Below are positions 54,643-64,000 of a stretch of 64,000 nucleotides of DNA, in pieces. Under the pieces are notes generated by a model. The model did not search any database and was not told the origin of the DNA. It saw only the letters and a list, made by a program, of their open reading frames with translations. The position numbers and the translations under genes are program-made. Source of the stretch: Eledone cirrhosa (Eukaryota); the NCBI GenBank assembly GCA_964016885.1, contig OZ024740.1, positions 122,388,001 through 122,452,000 of the forward strand, read 5' to 3'. Within the stretch, counting starts at the first letter, position 1. Every line of letters begins with the position of its first letter.

Positions 54643-55451
54643 TGTGTCTCAGTATTCATGTTAGTTAACTGGAAAGTTTGTTGAAATGAATATCAAGCCA
54701 CTACCTGCAGCCTCAGATATTCAGGACGTATCGGAGGGTTCTTGCTGTTCCCAGCAAGCATGCCTTTTGAAGCGTTCAAAATAGCGCGAAGGGGCCAATT
54801 TTCTTTAACCATCCCTGGAAACTTTTTGAGATAGTACCTAGTGCGCCTATGACAATCGGGACCACTTTGACTTCATGGCAGTTCCAAATCCTTTTTACCT
54901 CCCACTTTAAGTCCTGGTATCGGTTAATATTCTCTCTCTCCTTCTCTTGCACTCTCGTGTCGAATGGGCAGGCCACATCCACAATCAGGTACGATCTTTT
55001 TTCTTTGTCCACAACCACAAGGTCAGGTCTATTGTGCTCCAGTTTCTTGTCCGTCTGTATCCTAAAATCCCACAGCACCTTCGCCTGATCATTTTCTATC
55101 ACCGACTCTGACTTATGTTCATACCACTTCTCAGAATGTGGTAAATTGTTTACTTTGCATAGGTGCCAGCGGATCACCCTGCCCATCACATCAAGTCTCC
55201 AGCCCTTATAATGAGTCTGAGCTAGGTGTTTACACTCGGATACAATGTGATCCACAGTCTCCTCTCTATCTCCACAGATCCTGCACAGTGGGTTAGCCTC
55301 CTCCTTGTAAATATGGTATTTCAACCAATTCGTGTTGAGGGCCTGCTCCTGCGCAGCCATTAACATTCCTTCTGTAGCCTTTTTCAGGTCTCCTCTTTTC
55401 AACCAGTTCCATGTCTGTAGATCTCTGAATTCAGTGTTCTCAAAGAAGGTA
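54642..55451 (-). mobile_element. 5'-truncated R4/Dong copy (CCHC + RLE + 3' UTR)
   Basis: ORF 54776-55402 is nearly identical to the C-terminus of the long ORF; bounded by (TTA)n. Confidence 0.92.
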
Positions 55452-55477
55452 TTATTATTATTATTATTATTATTATT

Positions 55478-57381
55478 GTACTTTGAGCCTCAGTCATTGA
55501 TGTTAGTTAACTGGAAAGTTTGTTGAAATGAATAACAAGCCACTACCTGCAGCCTCAGATATTCAGGACGTATCGGACGGTTCTTGCTGTTCCCAGCAAG
55601 CATGCCTTTTGAAGCGTTCCAAAAAGCATGAAGGGGCCAATTTTCTTTAACCATCCCTGGAAACGTTTTGAAATAGTACCCAGTGCGCCTATGACAATCG
55701 GGACCACTTTGACATCATGGCAGTTCCAAATCCTTTTTACCTCCCACTTTAAGTCCTGGTATCAGTTAATTTTCTCCCTCTCCTTCTCTTGCACTCTCGT
55801 GTCGAATGGGCAGGCCACATCCACAATCAGGCGCGATCTTTTTTCTTTGTCCAAAACCACCAGGTCAGGTCTATTGTGTTCCAGTTTCTTGTCCCTCTGT
55901 ATCCTAAAATCCCACAGCACCTTCACCTGATCGTTTTCTATCACCGACTCTGGCTTATGGTCATACCACTTCTCAGAATGTGGTAAATTGTTTACTTTGC
56001 ATAGGTGCCAGTGGATCACCCTTTCCATCACATCATGTCTCTAGCCCTTATAGTGAGTCTGGGCTAGGTGTTTACACTCGGATACAATGTGAGCCACAGT
56101 CTCCCCTCTCTCTCTCCACAGATCCTGCACAGTGGGCTAGCCTCCTCCTTGTAAATATGGTGTTTCAACCACTTCGTTTTTAGAGCCTGCTCTTGTGCAG
56201 CCATTAACATTCCTTCTGTAGCCTTTTTGAGGTCTCCTCTTTTCAACCAGTTTCATGTCTGTGGCTCTCTGAATTCAGTTTTCTCAAAGAAGGTACTATG
56301 AAGGGATTTTTTCCTGGAGGCTGCTCTTTCTCCTTGTTATTATTTCCTCCCTGGACATCCCCTGGTCTATTGTCCTCTCCTTCAGTAAAATTCTGTGCAT
56401 TTGCTCCTTACTATCCACGTATTTGTGTAGGTTGTTTTTCCCCATCTGAACACAGTTATCTATGCTGATAAGACCTCTTCCACCTTCAGATCTCCTTAAG
56501 TAGAGTCTATCGACATCACTCCTCTTGTGGAACATGTTGTAGATAGTCAATAATTTCCTAGTCTTCCTATCCATTTCTTTTTGTTCAGCAACATTCCATC
56601 TCAGAATTCCCGCACTGTACCTAATAATAGACACAGCTCGGGAATTTACTGCACTTATGGCATTCCTACTGTTCAGATGTGACTTTAATACGCTCCTTAC
56701 TCTCCGAATGTATTCAGTTCTTATCAAGTCCTTCATTTTTTTGTTCTTGATGTCATCAGCCTCCAGAACACCCAAATACTTGTATCCTTCTTCAGTGTCA
56801 ATTTCCTTTATCATCTCACCTGTTGGCACCTGGATTCCGTTGCTTCTGCTCAATTTACCCCCCTTCATCACAAGGACTCCACACTTACTACTACCAAATT
56901 GCATACATATATCATTGCTGAAAATACGGACAGTGTCAACAAGCACATCCAACTCCTTCTCGCTCTTCCCGAAGAGCTTAAGATCGTCCATGAAGTAGAG
57001 GTGATTGATGGTAAGCTCTCCCTTTCCCAACTTGTATCCTGCTCTCACTTTTCGCAGTATAATGGTCAGGGGCATCACGGCAAGGACAAACAACAGAGGG
57101 ATCAGACTATCTCCCTGGAAGATACCCCTCTTGATCTTCACGCCTCCCAAGGATTCTCCAGCTGATATTAACTATGTTTCCCAGGACTTCATACTTTTGC
57201 CCAACAACTGTCTGATGTTATCTGCCACCTTGAAGATCTCTAGGCTTTTGGTGATACAAGAATGAGGCACCATATCAAATGCCTTTTTGTAGTCTATCCA
57301 TCCCATGGCAAGACCAGTGTGTCTCCTCTTGCAATTCCTCATTACCATCTTATCAATAAGTAACTGGTCCTTTGTACCACG
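55478..57381 (-). mobile_element. 5'-truncated, frameshifted R4/Dong copy (RT core to 3' UTR)
   Basis: ORF pieces 56296-57150, 56064-56246 and 55762-56031 match the long ORF; bounded by (TTA)n. Confidence 0.92.
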
Positions 57382-58668
57382 GGATTATTATTATTATTAT
57401 TATTATTATTAGTAGTAGTAGTAGTATTATTATTATTATAACTATTGCTATTATTATTATTATTATTATTGCAATAATAGCTGCAATGTTAATTTTGAGT
57501 GAGCCTATTCTCTAATCAGGTTTTGATATTCAGTGACACATATATAACCTATATCACAAATGCATTTAGTAAAAGCATCAATATATCGACTTCCCCTCAG
57601 TCATATTTATAAGTCCAAGACTATTTGTGTATGTAGTAGTATTGTTAGTTCCGTTACTACAAATCTCATTGCTATTATATTTAACGTTAAGATGGTAGAT
57701 TGTCACTGCCATTTAAGAAGTGTACAAAATTCTGAGTTGAAATTCTTCTGGGTTCAAGTTAACTCATTTCCCAGCAATACTTATGTTTGAAATTATAACT
57801 TTTTCGGAATTGTTGCAGCTGCAGCGGTGATGGTCGTCGTCGTAGTGGTTGTGATGGCAGTGGTGGGGGTGCCAGTGGAATCAGTGGGTGTGCTGCTGGC
57901 CGCGGTGGGTTTGACGATGGCAACGGTGGCAATGATATCTTTGCTGTAGTATTGATAGAGGTGGTAGTGGGGATTGAATTGCCGGGTATCTTTCTTACTA
58001 GAAACTGGAACTTCAGCCGGGAGGTGTTACACCAGAGTCAACAAATTGAAAACTATATTATTTCTAAAATATTTTAACATTAAATTATCCGTGTATTTAC
58101 GATGTACTTTCTATAATTTCTTTACAAATTCTTATATAACATGGGTTGGAAGTCTCTTTAATCTAAACGCTTTTTTTTTTTCAGATTTAAAAAATAATAA
58201 TTCAAGCTGTTAGTGACGCATATGAACAAAAATGCATTCACGAAAACATGAAGTTAGTCGAGTGTTTTCCTATTCAATGCGCTTTGGACCTTAATACATC
58301 AATAAACAGTGCAGTTGTATAATCAGTGTAGTCCAATCACGACATATATACACAGGTATATATGACAGTTGAAATCTAAAAAAGTGAAAGCCTATAATGA
58401 TACCCGTCTAAATAAAGAGTCAATGAGGAAACCTCTAAGCATCTAGGAAACCTACTAGAAATAACCATCACATTTCCTTCAACTGGTGCTGTATGGTCTT
58501 AATAAATGAAGATATCCTTATATAGCTAAGACTAGTGAAAGTGAAAGGGACATTAGAATAAATGATTTATAGTATTAAATCCTGTTCTTTGAACGAGTTC
58601 AAATACCACCTAATTCAACTTTGCCATTCATCCTTTTATTATTATTAATAATAATAATAATAATAGTA

Positions 58669-58699
<31 letters not shown>

Positions 58700-58865
58700 G
58701 GGAAGAAGACGCACGAGGTGACGGAGGTCATGAAATCGCTCCCGTAAGTTTTGAATTTTTAACATATTTAAATCATTTGTGAAATAACAACTCTTAGTAC
58801 AAATGCTACGTAAAGCACCCGGCTTGAGCCCCAAAAAAATTCGGACCCAAAATATATTGTTATAA

Positions 58866-59506
58866 GGCTCAAATATTCAAATATTCAACTTTGTATTGTA
58901 CACTGTATATCCCAAAAAAAATGGCTATAAATGGAAGAAGAAGAACCCCCCCCCCTCCTCTCCTCTGGCTACACTATATAGGACAGCTAAACTCACCAAC
59001 ACCAGAAACTAGATACACCACCCACCCCATCATCTGTGTACACTAAACACAACAGCATTTTCACCTTCACCGCCACCGCTCACTACGGCCATCATTACCA
59101 CCACTATCCCATCAACGCCGCCACCACCCCTTGACTCCTTCACTGCTGCTGCCACCGCTACAGCACCATCACTACAGTAATACGGCTCAAATATTCAAAT
59201 ATTCAACTTTGTATTGTACACTGTATATCCAAAAAAAATAAAATGGCTATAAATGGAAGAAGAAGAACCCCCCCCCCTCCTCTCCTCTGGCTACACGATA
59301 TAGGACAGCGAAACTCACCAACATCCAGAAACTAGATACACCACCCACCCCATCATCTGTGTACACTAAACACAACAGCATTTTCACCTTCACCGCCACC
59401 GCTCACTACGGCCATCATTACCACCACTATCCCATCACCACCGCCACCACCCCTTGACTCCTTCACTGCTGCTGCCACCGCTACAGCACCATCACTACAG
59501 TAATAC
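58866..59506 (+). repeat. ~320-bp near-perfect tandem duplication (58866-59183 / 59184-59506)
   Basis: Direct match; differences are mostly in homopolymers. Confidence 0.95.
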
Positions 59507-60082
59507 GGTCGCATCACCGCCACCACTGCCTCGGTATCGACATCACCACCACCACTGTCTCAGTATCGCCAACGCCGCCAGTCTCTGCTGGCTGCCACTT
59601 CCACATTATAGAATTCCTACTACTAACAAAGAGGAAGGCATCAAAATATATAGATAGACTCAAAAGAAAAAAGAAAAAAACAAACAACAAAAGCAGCACA
59701 GCAACAACAGCAAAAAACGAGAAAAACAAACAGAGAAAAACAAAAACAAAAAAAGACACCCCAAAAACGTAAAGAAAATAAGAATGAAGAGAGAAGCAGG
59801 CGGACGGACAGAGAAGAGGGGGGAAAAAGTAAAACTTAAAAAACAAAAACTAAGTCAGACATTCGAATACTACATTACAATGAAACTTATGCTTATTCAT
59901 TTTTGGGGCCCTTTCTGCCCGTGTGTTTGTTTGTTTATGTGTGTCCGTATACAGCGTGGTGATAATGTCACACAAGGGCCAAGTGGGATGGCGGATCCAC
60001 AGATGGCTATGTAAACATACATTCGCCAATCCTCGATAAGAGTGTTTAAATATCGAACATAAACAGTTCGAATAACGGTGAA

Positions 60083-63000
60083 ATGGAGACTAGAACGTCA
60101 TGTGACAGACTCTCACCCAACAGGTGCCCCCTGGCTCAGCAGCAGGAACCTGACTGTCAACCAAATACTGCTGATGTTGGAGGAAGAAGAAGAAGGAAAG
60201 GGGCCAGAACCAACTGGACGAAAGAATTGAATAGAACTGTTATGCAATGCTACCTGAAAAGTAACCCCAAGGAGAGGGGCTACAGGAGACGGATGCATAA
60301 CATCTGGAACGAGATTGGTTTATTTAAATTAGATGAACAAAAATTGGCCGGGCAGGCTCGGGTAATAAGAACTAATGGGTGGATAAGCGAGCTGGAACTG
60401 GAGGAACTGAGCAGAGAGAATGGCTTGGAGATGGCGGGTGTAGTATGCCAGACAAGCGAGCCGGCGGGAAATGAAGGTGAGGAGGTCCTGAGAACGGAGG
60501 AACCACCCGAAGCAGACAATGATCTGAATACTGAGATAAATAATACCTGGAACAGAGATACGGCCACTGAGGAGATGAATGCTGACGGGCTAGGACAAGA
60601 TTCGGTTGACATCCTAAATTTAGTGGTAGATGAGTTGAACAATGATAGTGGGAGACCTATGAACCTAAGATTTGTAGACAGGAAAAAGTTAAAAGAAACA
60701 ACAGCTAAGGTAAACAAAGTCATCCCATACCTTGAGGCGAGGAGTCTTCACCAGTGCAACAATATCCTCAAAGCAACAGCAAATACGGTGAGGAAACTAC
60801 TTGGTATAAAAGCGAGAGGAAACAACAGACAAGAAAGAGCAGAGCCGTGGTGGAAGAAGCGACTGAGTGGGCAAATCGAGGAAATGAGAAATGACATAGG
60901 AAAGCTTGAGTCACTACTGAATGGGACACTAAAAAACATAGGCACTAAAAATAGACTGGAAATAAAATACAAAACTAGGAGTAAAAAGCTAAATATTATC
61001 ATAGAGGAATTGAAGCAACGCATTGTAGCAAAGAGTGCCAAAATCAGGCGATACGAGAACAGAGTCAGTCAGTATAAACAGAACCGCATGTTCGACAACA
61101 ACCAGAAGATGCTGTTTGGACAGCTTGAGGGGAAAGAAAGAGGCAACGACTTGATCCCTGGGGCGGAACAAGCTAAAACATTCTGGAGAGGAATATGGGA
61201 GCAGGATGTTAGACACAATGCCCAGGCAGGGTGGATTGAGACAGTACAGAGGGAGATCGGTGAGCAGGCACAGCAACAGACTGATTTGAGTATCACAGTT
61301 GAAACTCTTAAGGGGCAAGCCAAAAAACTAACCAACTGGAAATCACCAGGCCCAGATGGTGTGCAGGGGTATTGGATTAAACATTTAACATCCCTCCACC
61401 CGAAGCTGACGGCCATGTTCAATGACTGCTTGGTGTCGGGTGAGGTGCCAGAGTGGTTGACAAAAGGTACCACAGTTCTGATAATGAAAGACCGAATCAA
61501 GGGTAATGATGTTACCAACTATAGACCTATCACATGTCTGCCCGTAATGTGGAAACTGTTGACGAGCATTGTGTCTAAGGAAATCTACCATCACCTCCAC
61601 ACAAACAACTTGTTGCCGGACGAACAGAAAGGATGCCGAAAGAAGTCACGTGGTACAAAGGACCAGTTGCTTATTGATAAGATGGTAATGGGGAATTGCA
61701 GGAGGAGACACACTGATCTTGCCATGGGATGGATAGACTACAGAAAGGCATTTGACATGGTGCCTCATTCCTGGATCACCAAAAGCCTGGAGATCTTCAG
61801 GGTGGCAGATAACATCAGACAGTTGCTTGCCATGGGATGGATAGACTACAGAAAGGCATTTGACATGGTGCCTCATTCCTGGATCACCAAAAGCCTGGAG
61901 ATCTTCAGGGTGGCAGATAACATCAGACAGTTGCTGGGCAGGAGTATGGGGTCCTGGGAGACAGAGTTGACATCAACTGGAGTATCCTTGGGAAGCGTGA
62001 AGATCAAGAGAGGTATCTTCCAGGGAGATAGCCTGTCCCCTCTGTTGTTTGTCCTTGCCCTGGTGCCCTTGACCATTATGCTGCGAAAAGTGAGAGCAGG
62101 ATACAAGTTGGGAAGGGGAGAGCTTACCATCAATCACCTCCTCTTCATGGACGATCTTAAGCTCTTCGGGAAAAGTGAGAAGGAGTTGGATGTGCTTGTT
62201 GACACTGTCCGTATTTTCAGCAGTGATATATGTATGCAGTTTGGTATTGGTAAATGTGGAGTCATTGTGATGAGGAGGGGTAGGTTGAGCAGAAGTAACG
62301 GGATCCAGATACCAACAGGTGAGATGATAAAGGAAATTGACTCTGAGGAAGGATACAAGTATTTGGGCGTTCTGGAGGCTGATGGCATAAAGAACAAAAA
62401 AATGAAGGAATTGTTAAGAACTGAATACATTCGGAGAGTAAGGAGCGTATTGAAGTCACATCTGAACAGCAGAAATGCCATAAGCGCAGTAAATTCCCGA
62501 GCTGTGTCTATTATTAGGTACAGTGCGGGAATTCTGAGATGGAATGTTGCTGAACAAAAAGAAATGGATAGGAAGACTAGGAAGCTATTGACTATCTACA
62601 ACATGTTCCACAAGAGGAGTGATGCCGATAGACTCTACCTAAGGAGATCTGAGGGTGGAAGAGGTCTTATCAGCATAGAGGACTGTGTTCAGATGGAGAA
62701 AAACAACCTATACAAATACGTGACCTATAGTAAGGAGCCAATGCTCAGAGCTGTACTGAAGGAGGGGACAGTAGGCCAGGGGATATCCAAGGAGGAAATA
62801 ACATCAAGGAGGAAGAGCAGCCTTAAGGGAAAATCCCTTCATAGTACCTTCTTTGAGAAAACTGAATTTAGAGATCCACAGACATGGAACTGGTTGAGAA
62901 GAGGAGACCTCAAAAAGGCTACAGAAGGAATGCTAATGGCTGCGCAGGAGCAGGCCCTCAAAACGAAGTGGTTGAAGCACCATATCTACAAGGAGGAGGC

Positions 63001-63583
63001 TAGCCCACTGTGCAGGATCTGTGGAGAGAGAGAGGAGACTGTAGCTCACATTGTGTCCGAGTGTAAACACCTAGCCCAGACCCACTATAAGGGCTGGAGG
63101 CACGATGTGATGGGCAGGGTGATCCACTGGCACCTGTGCAAAGTAAACAATATACCACATTCTGAGAAATGGTATGAGCATAGGCCAGAGGCGGTGATGG
63201 AGAACAGTCAGGTGAAGGTGCTGTGGGATTTTAGGATACAGACGGACAAAAAACTGGAACACAATAGACCTGACCTGGTGGTTGTGGACAAAGAAAAAAG
63301 ATCGTGCCTGATTGTGGATGTGGCCTGCCCGTTCGACACGAGAGTGCAAGAGAAGGAGAGGGAGAAAATTAACCGATACCAGGACCTAAAGTGGGAGGTG
63401 AAAAGGATTTGGAACTGCCATGAAGTCAAAGTGATCCCGATTGTCATAGGCGCACTGGGGACTATCTCCAAAGGTTTCCAGGGATGGTTAAAGAAAATCG
63501 GCCCCTTCACGCTTTTTGGAACGCTTCAAAAGGCATGCTTGCTTGGAACGGCAAGAACCCTCCGATACGTCCTGAATATCTGA
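60083..63583 (+). CDS. R4/Dong-clade non-LTR retrotransposon ORF (RT + CCHC zinc knuckle + restriction-like endonuclease), 1166 aa
   Basis: R4-type N-terminus (RTNWTKELN...GYRRRMHNIW...EQKLAGQARVI). RT motifs YRPITCL, QKGC, WIDYRKAFD, RGIFQGDSLSPLLF, LFMDDLKL, YKYLG. Zinc knuckle CRICGEREETVAHIVSEC, then RHD, and RLE motif RPD..D..E..K..RY. No APE domain. Confidence 0.95.
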   Translation: METRTSCDRLSPNRCPLAQQQEPDCQPNTADVGGRRRRKGARTNWTKELNRTVMQCYLKSNPKERGYRRRMHNIWNEIGLFKLDEQKLAGQARVIRTNGWISELELEELSRENGLEMAGVVCQTSEPAGNEGEEVLRTEEPPEADNDLNTEINNTWNRDTATEEMNADGLGQDSVDILNLVVDELNNDSGRPMNLRFVDRKKLKETTAKVNKVIPYLEARSLHQCNNILKATANTVRKLLGIKARGNNRQERAEPWWKKRLSGQIEEMRNDIGKLESLLNGTLKNIGTKNRLEIKYKTRSKKLNIIIEELKQRIVAKSAKIRRYENRVSQYKQNRMFDNNQKMLFGQLEGKERGNDLIPGAEQAKTFWRGIWEQDVRHNAQAGWIETVQREIGEQAQQQTDLSITVETLKGQAKKLTNWKSPGPDGVQGYWIKHLTSLHPKLTAMFNDCLVSGEVPEWLTKGTTVLIMKDRIKGNDVTNYRPITCLPVMWKLLTSIVSKEIYHHLHTNNLLPDEQKGCRKKSRGTKDQLLIDKMVMGNCRRRHTDLAMGWIDYRKAFDMVPHSWITKSLEIFRVADNIRQLLAMGWIDYRKAFDMVPHSWITKSLEIFRVADNIRQLLGRSMGSWETELTSTGVSLGSVKIKRGIFQGDSLSPLLFVLALVPLTIMLRKVRAGYKLGRGELTINHLLFMDDLKLFGKSEKELDVLVDTVRIFSSDICMQFGIGKCGVIVMRRGRLSRSNGIQIPTGEMIKEIDSEEGYKYLGVLEADGIKNKKMKELLRTEYIRRVRSVLKSHLNSRNAISAVNSRAVSIIRYSAGILRWNVAEQKEMDRKTRKLLTIYNMFHKRSDADRLYLRRSEGGRGLISIEDCVQMEKNNLYKYVTYSKEPMLRAVLKEGTVGQGISKEEITSRRKSSLKGKSLHSTFFEKTEFRDPQTWNWLRRGDLKKATEGMLMAAQEQALKTKWLKHHIYKEEASPLCRICGEREETVAHIVSECKHLAQTHYKGWRHDVMGRVIHWHLCKVNNIPHSEKWYEHRPEAVMENSQVKVLWDFRIQTDKKLEHNRPDLVVVDKEKRSCLIVDVACPFDTRVQEKEREKINRYQDLKWEVKRIWNCHEVKVIPIVIGALGTISKGFQGWLKKIGPFTLFGTLQKACLLGTARTLRYVLNI
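61718..61933 (+). repeat. Perfect 108-bp in-frame tandem duplication inside the RT domain
   Basis: [36 protein letters not shown] occurs twice. Confidence 0.97.
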
Positions 63584-63690
63584 GGCTGCAGGTAGTGGCT
63601 TGATATTCAATCCAACGGACTTTCCAGTTAACCAACATCAATGACTGAGATTCAAGGAATAACAATAACAATAATACTAATAATAATAAT

Positions 63691-63870
63691 TGTTTCTACT
63701 TTAGGCACAAGGCCAGCAATTACCCAGTGCATTACTGGTACTTTATTTTATCGACCCCGTAAGGATGAAAGGCAAAGTCAACCTCGGCGGGATTTGAACT
63801 CAGTTCGTAAAGGGACGTAACTATGCTGGAAAGCATGGCGTCCGACCCTCTACCGATACTGCCAATCCAC
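63691..63870 (-). mobile_element. SINE flanked by (AAT)n, tail-to-tail with the R4/Dong element
   Basis: Consensus match. Confidence 0.9.
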
Positions 63871-64000
63871 AATAATAATAATAATATGTGGTGTATATAT
63901 AGATAGAAAATATCTAGAGCGAATGATTGGCAAAATTGTTAGAGTATCAGATGGTATGCTTTTCGGCGTCTTCTCCGGTTTTGTGCATTCTCAGTTCAAA

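Larger units (their letters stand above)
59905..63690 (+). mobile_element. Near full-length R4/Dong-like retrotransposon ending in (TAA)n; 5' boundary uncertain and possibly as far up as the (TAA)n at ~58700
   Basis: Contains the ORF above, a 77-nt 3' UTR shared with the three minus-strand copies, and an AAT-repeat tail at 63661-63690. Confidence 0.85.

Noticed and set aside
60280-63510. Antisense ORFs overlapping the R4/Dong ORF and its copies
   Set aside because: Shadow frames of the retrotransposon ORF.

Overview
AT-rich, microsatellite-dense animal DNA. The SINE families and the (TA)n/(TAA)n load suggest an octopod cephalopod, but this is inference. Almost all short ORFs in the track are microsatellite artefacts. 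The only long intact ORF (60083-63583) belongs to an R4/Dong-clade RLE non-LTR retrotransposon, and three 5'-truncated sister copies sit head-to-tail in a (TTA)n tract at 53.3-57.4 kb. The window also holds three Penelope-like (PLE) GIY-YIG remnants, decayed RTE, CR1, L1/Tx1 and CRE-like LINEs, a mariner remnant, non-autonomous Helitrons, about 20 SINE copies (the clearest 12 are listed) and one plausible host exon (3331-3420). The most interesting signal is a recurring class of fold-back insertions sitting exactly inside (TA)n tracts, seen in at least 4-5 families. They consist of two outward-pointing PLE-type 3' ends whose hairpin apex often falls in or next to a hammerhead ribozyme motif. 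One arm usually carries an extra tail that begins at a TTAC(T/C)CC-like motif. One family has five young copies with identical outer ends but different apices. All family assignments come from motif recognition by eye; no database search was run.
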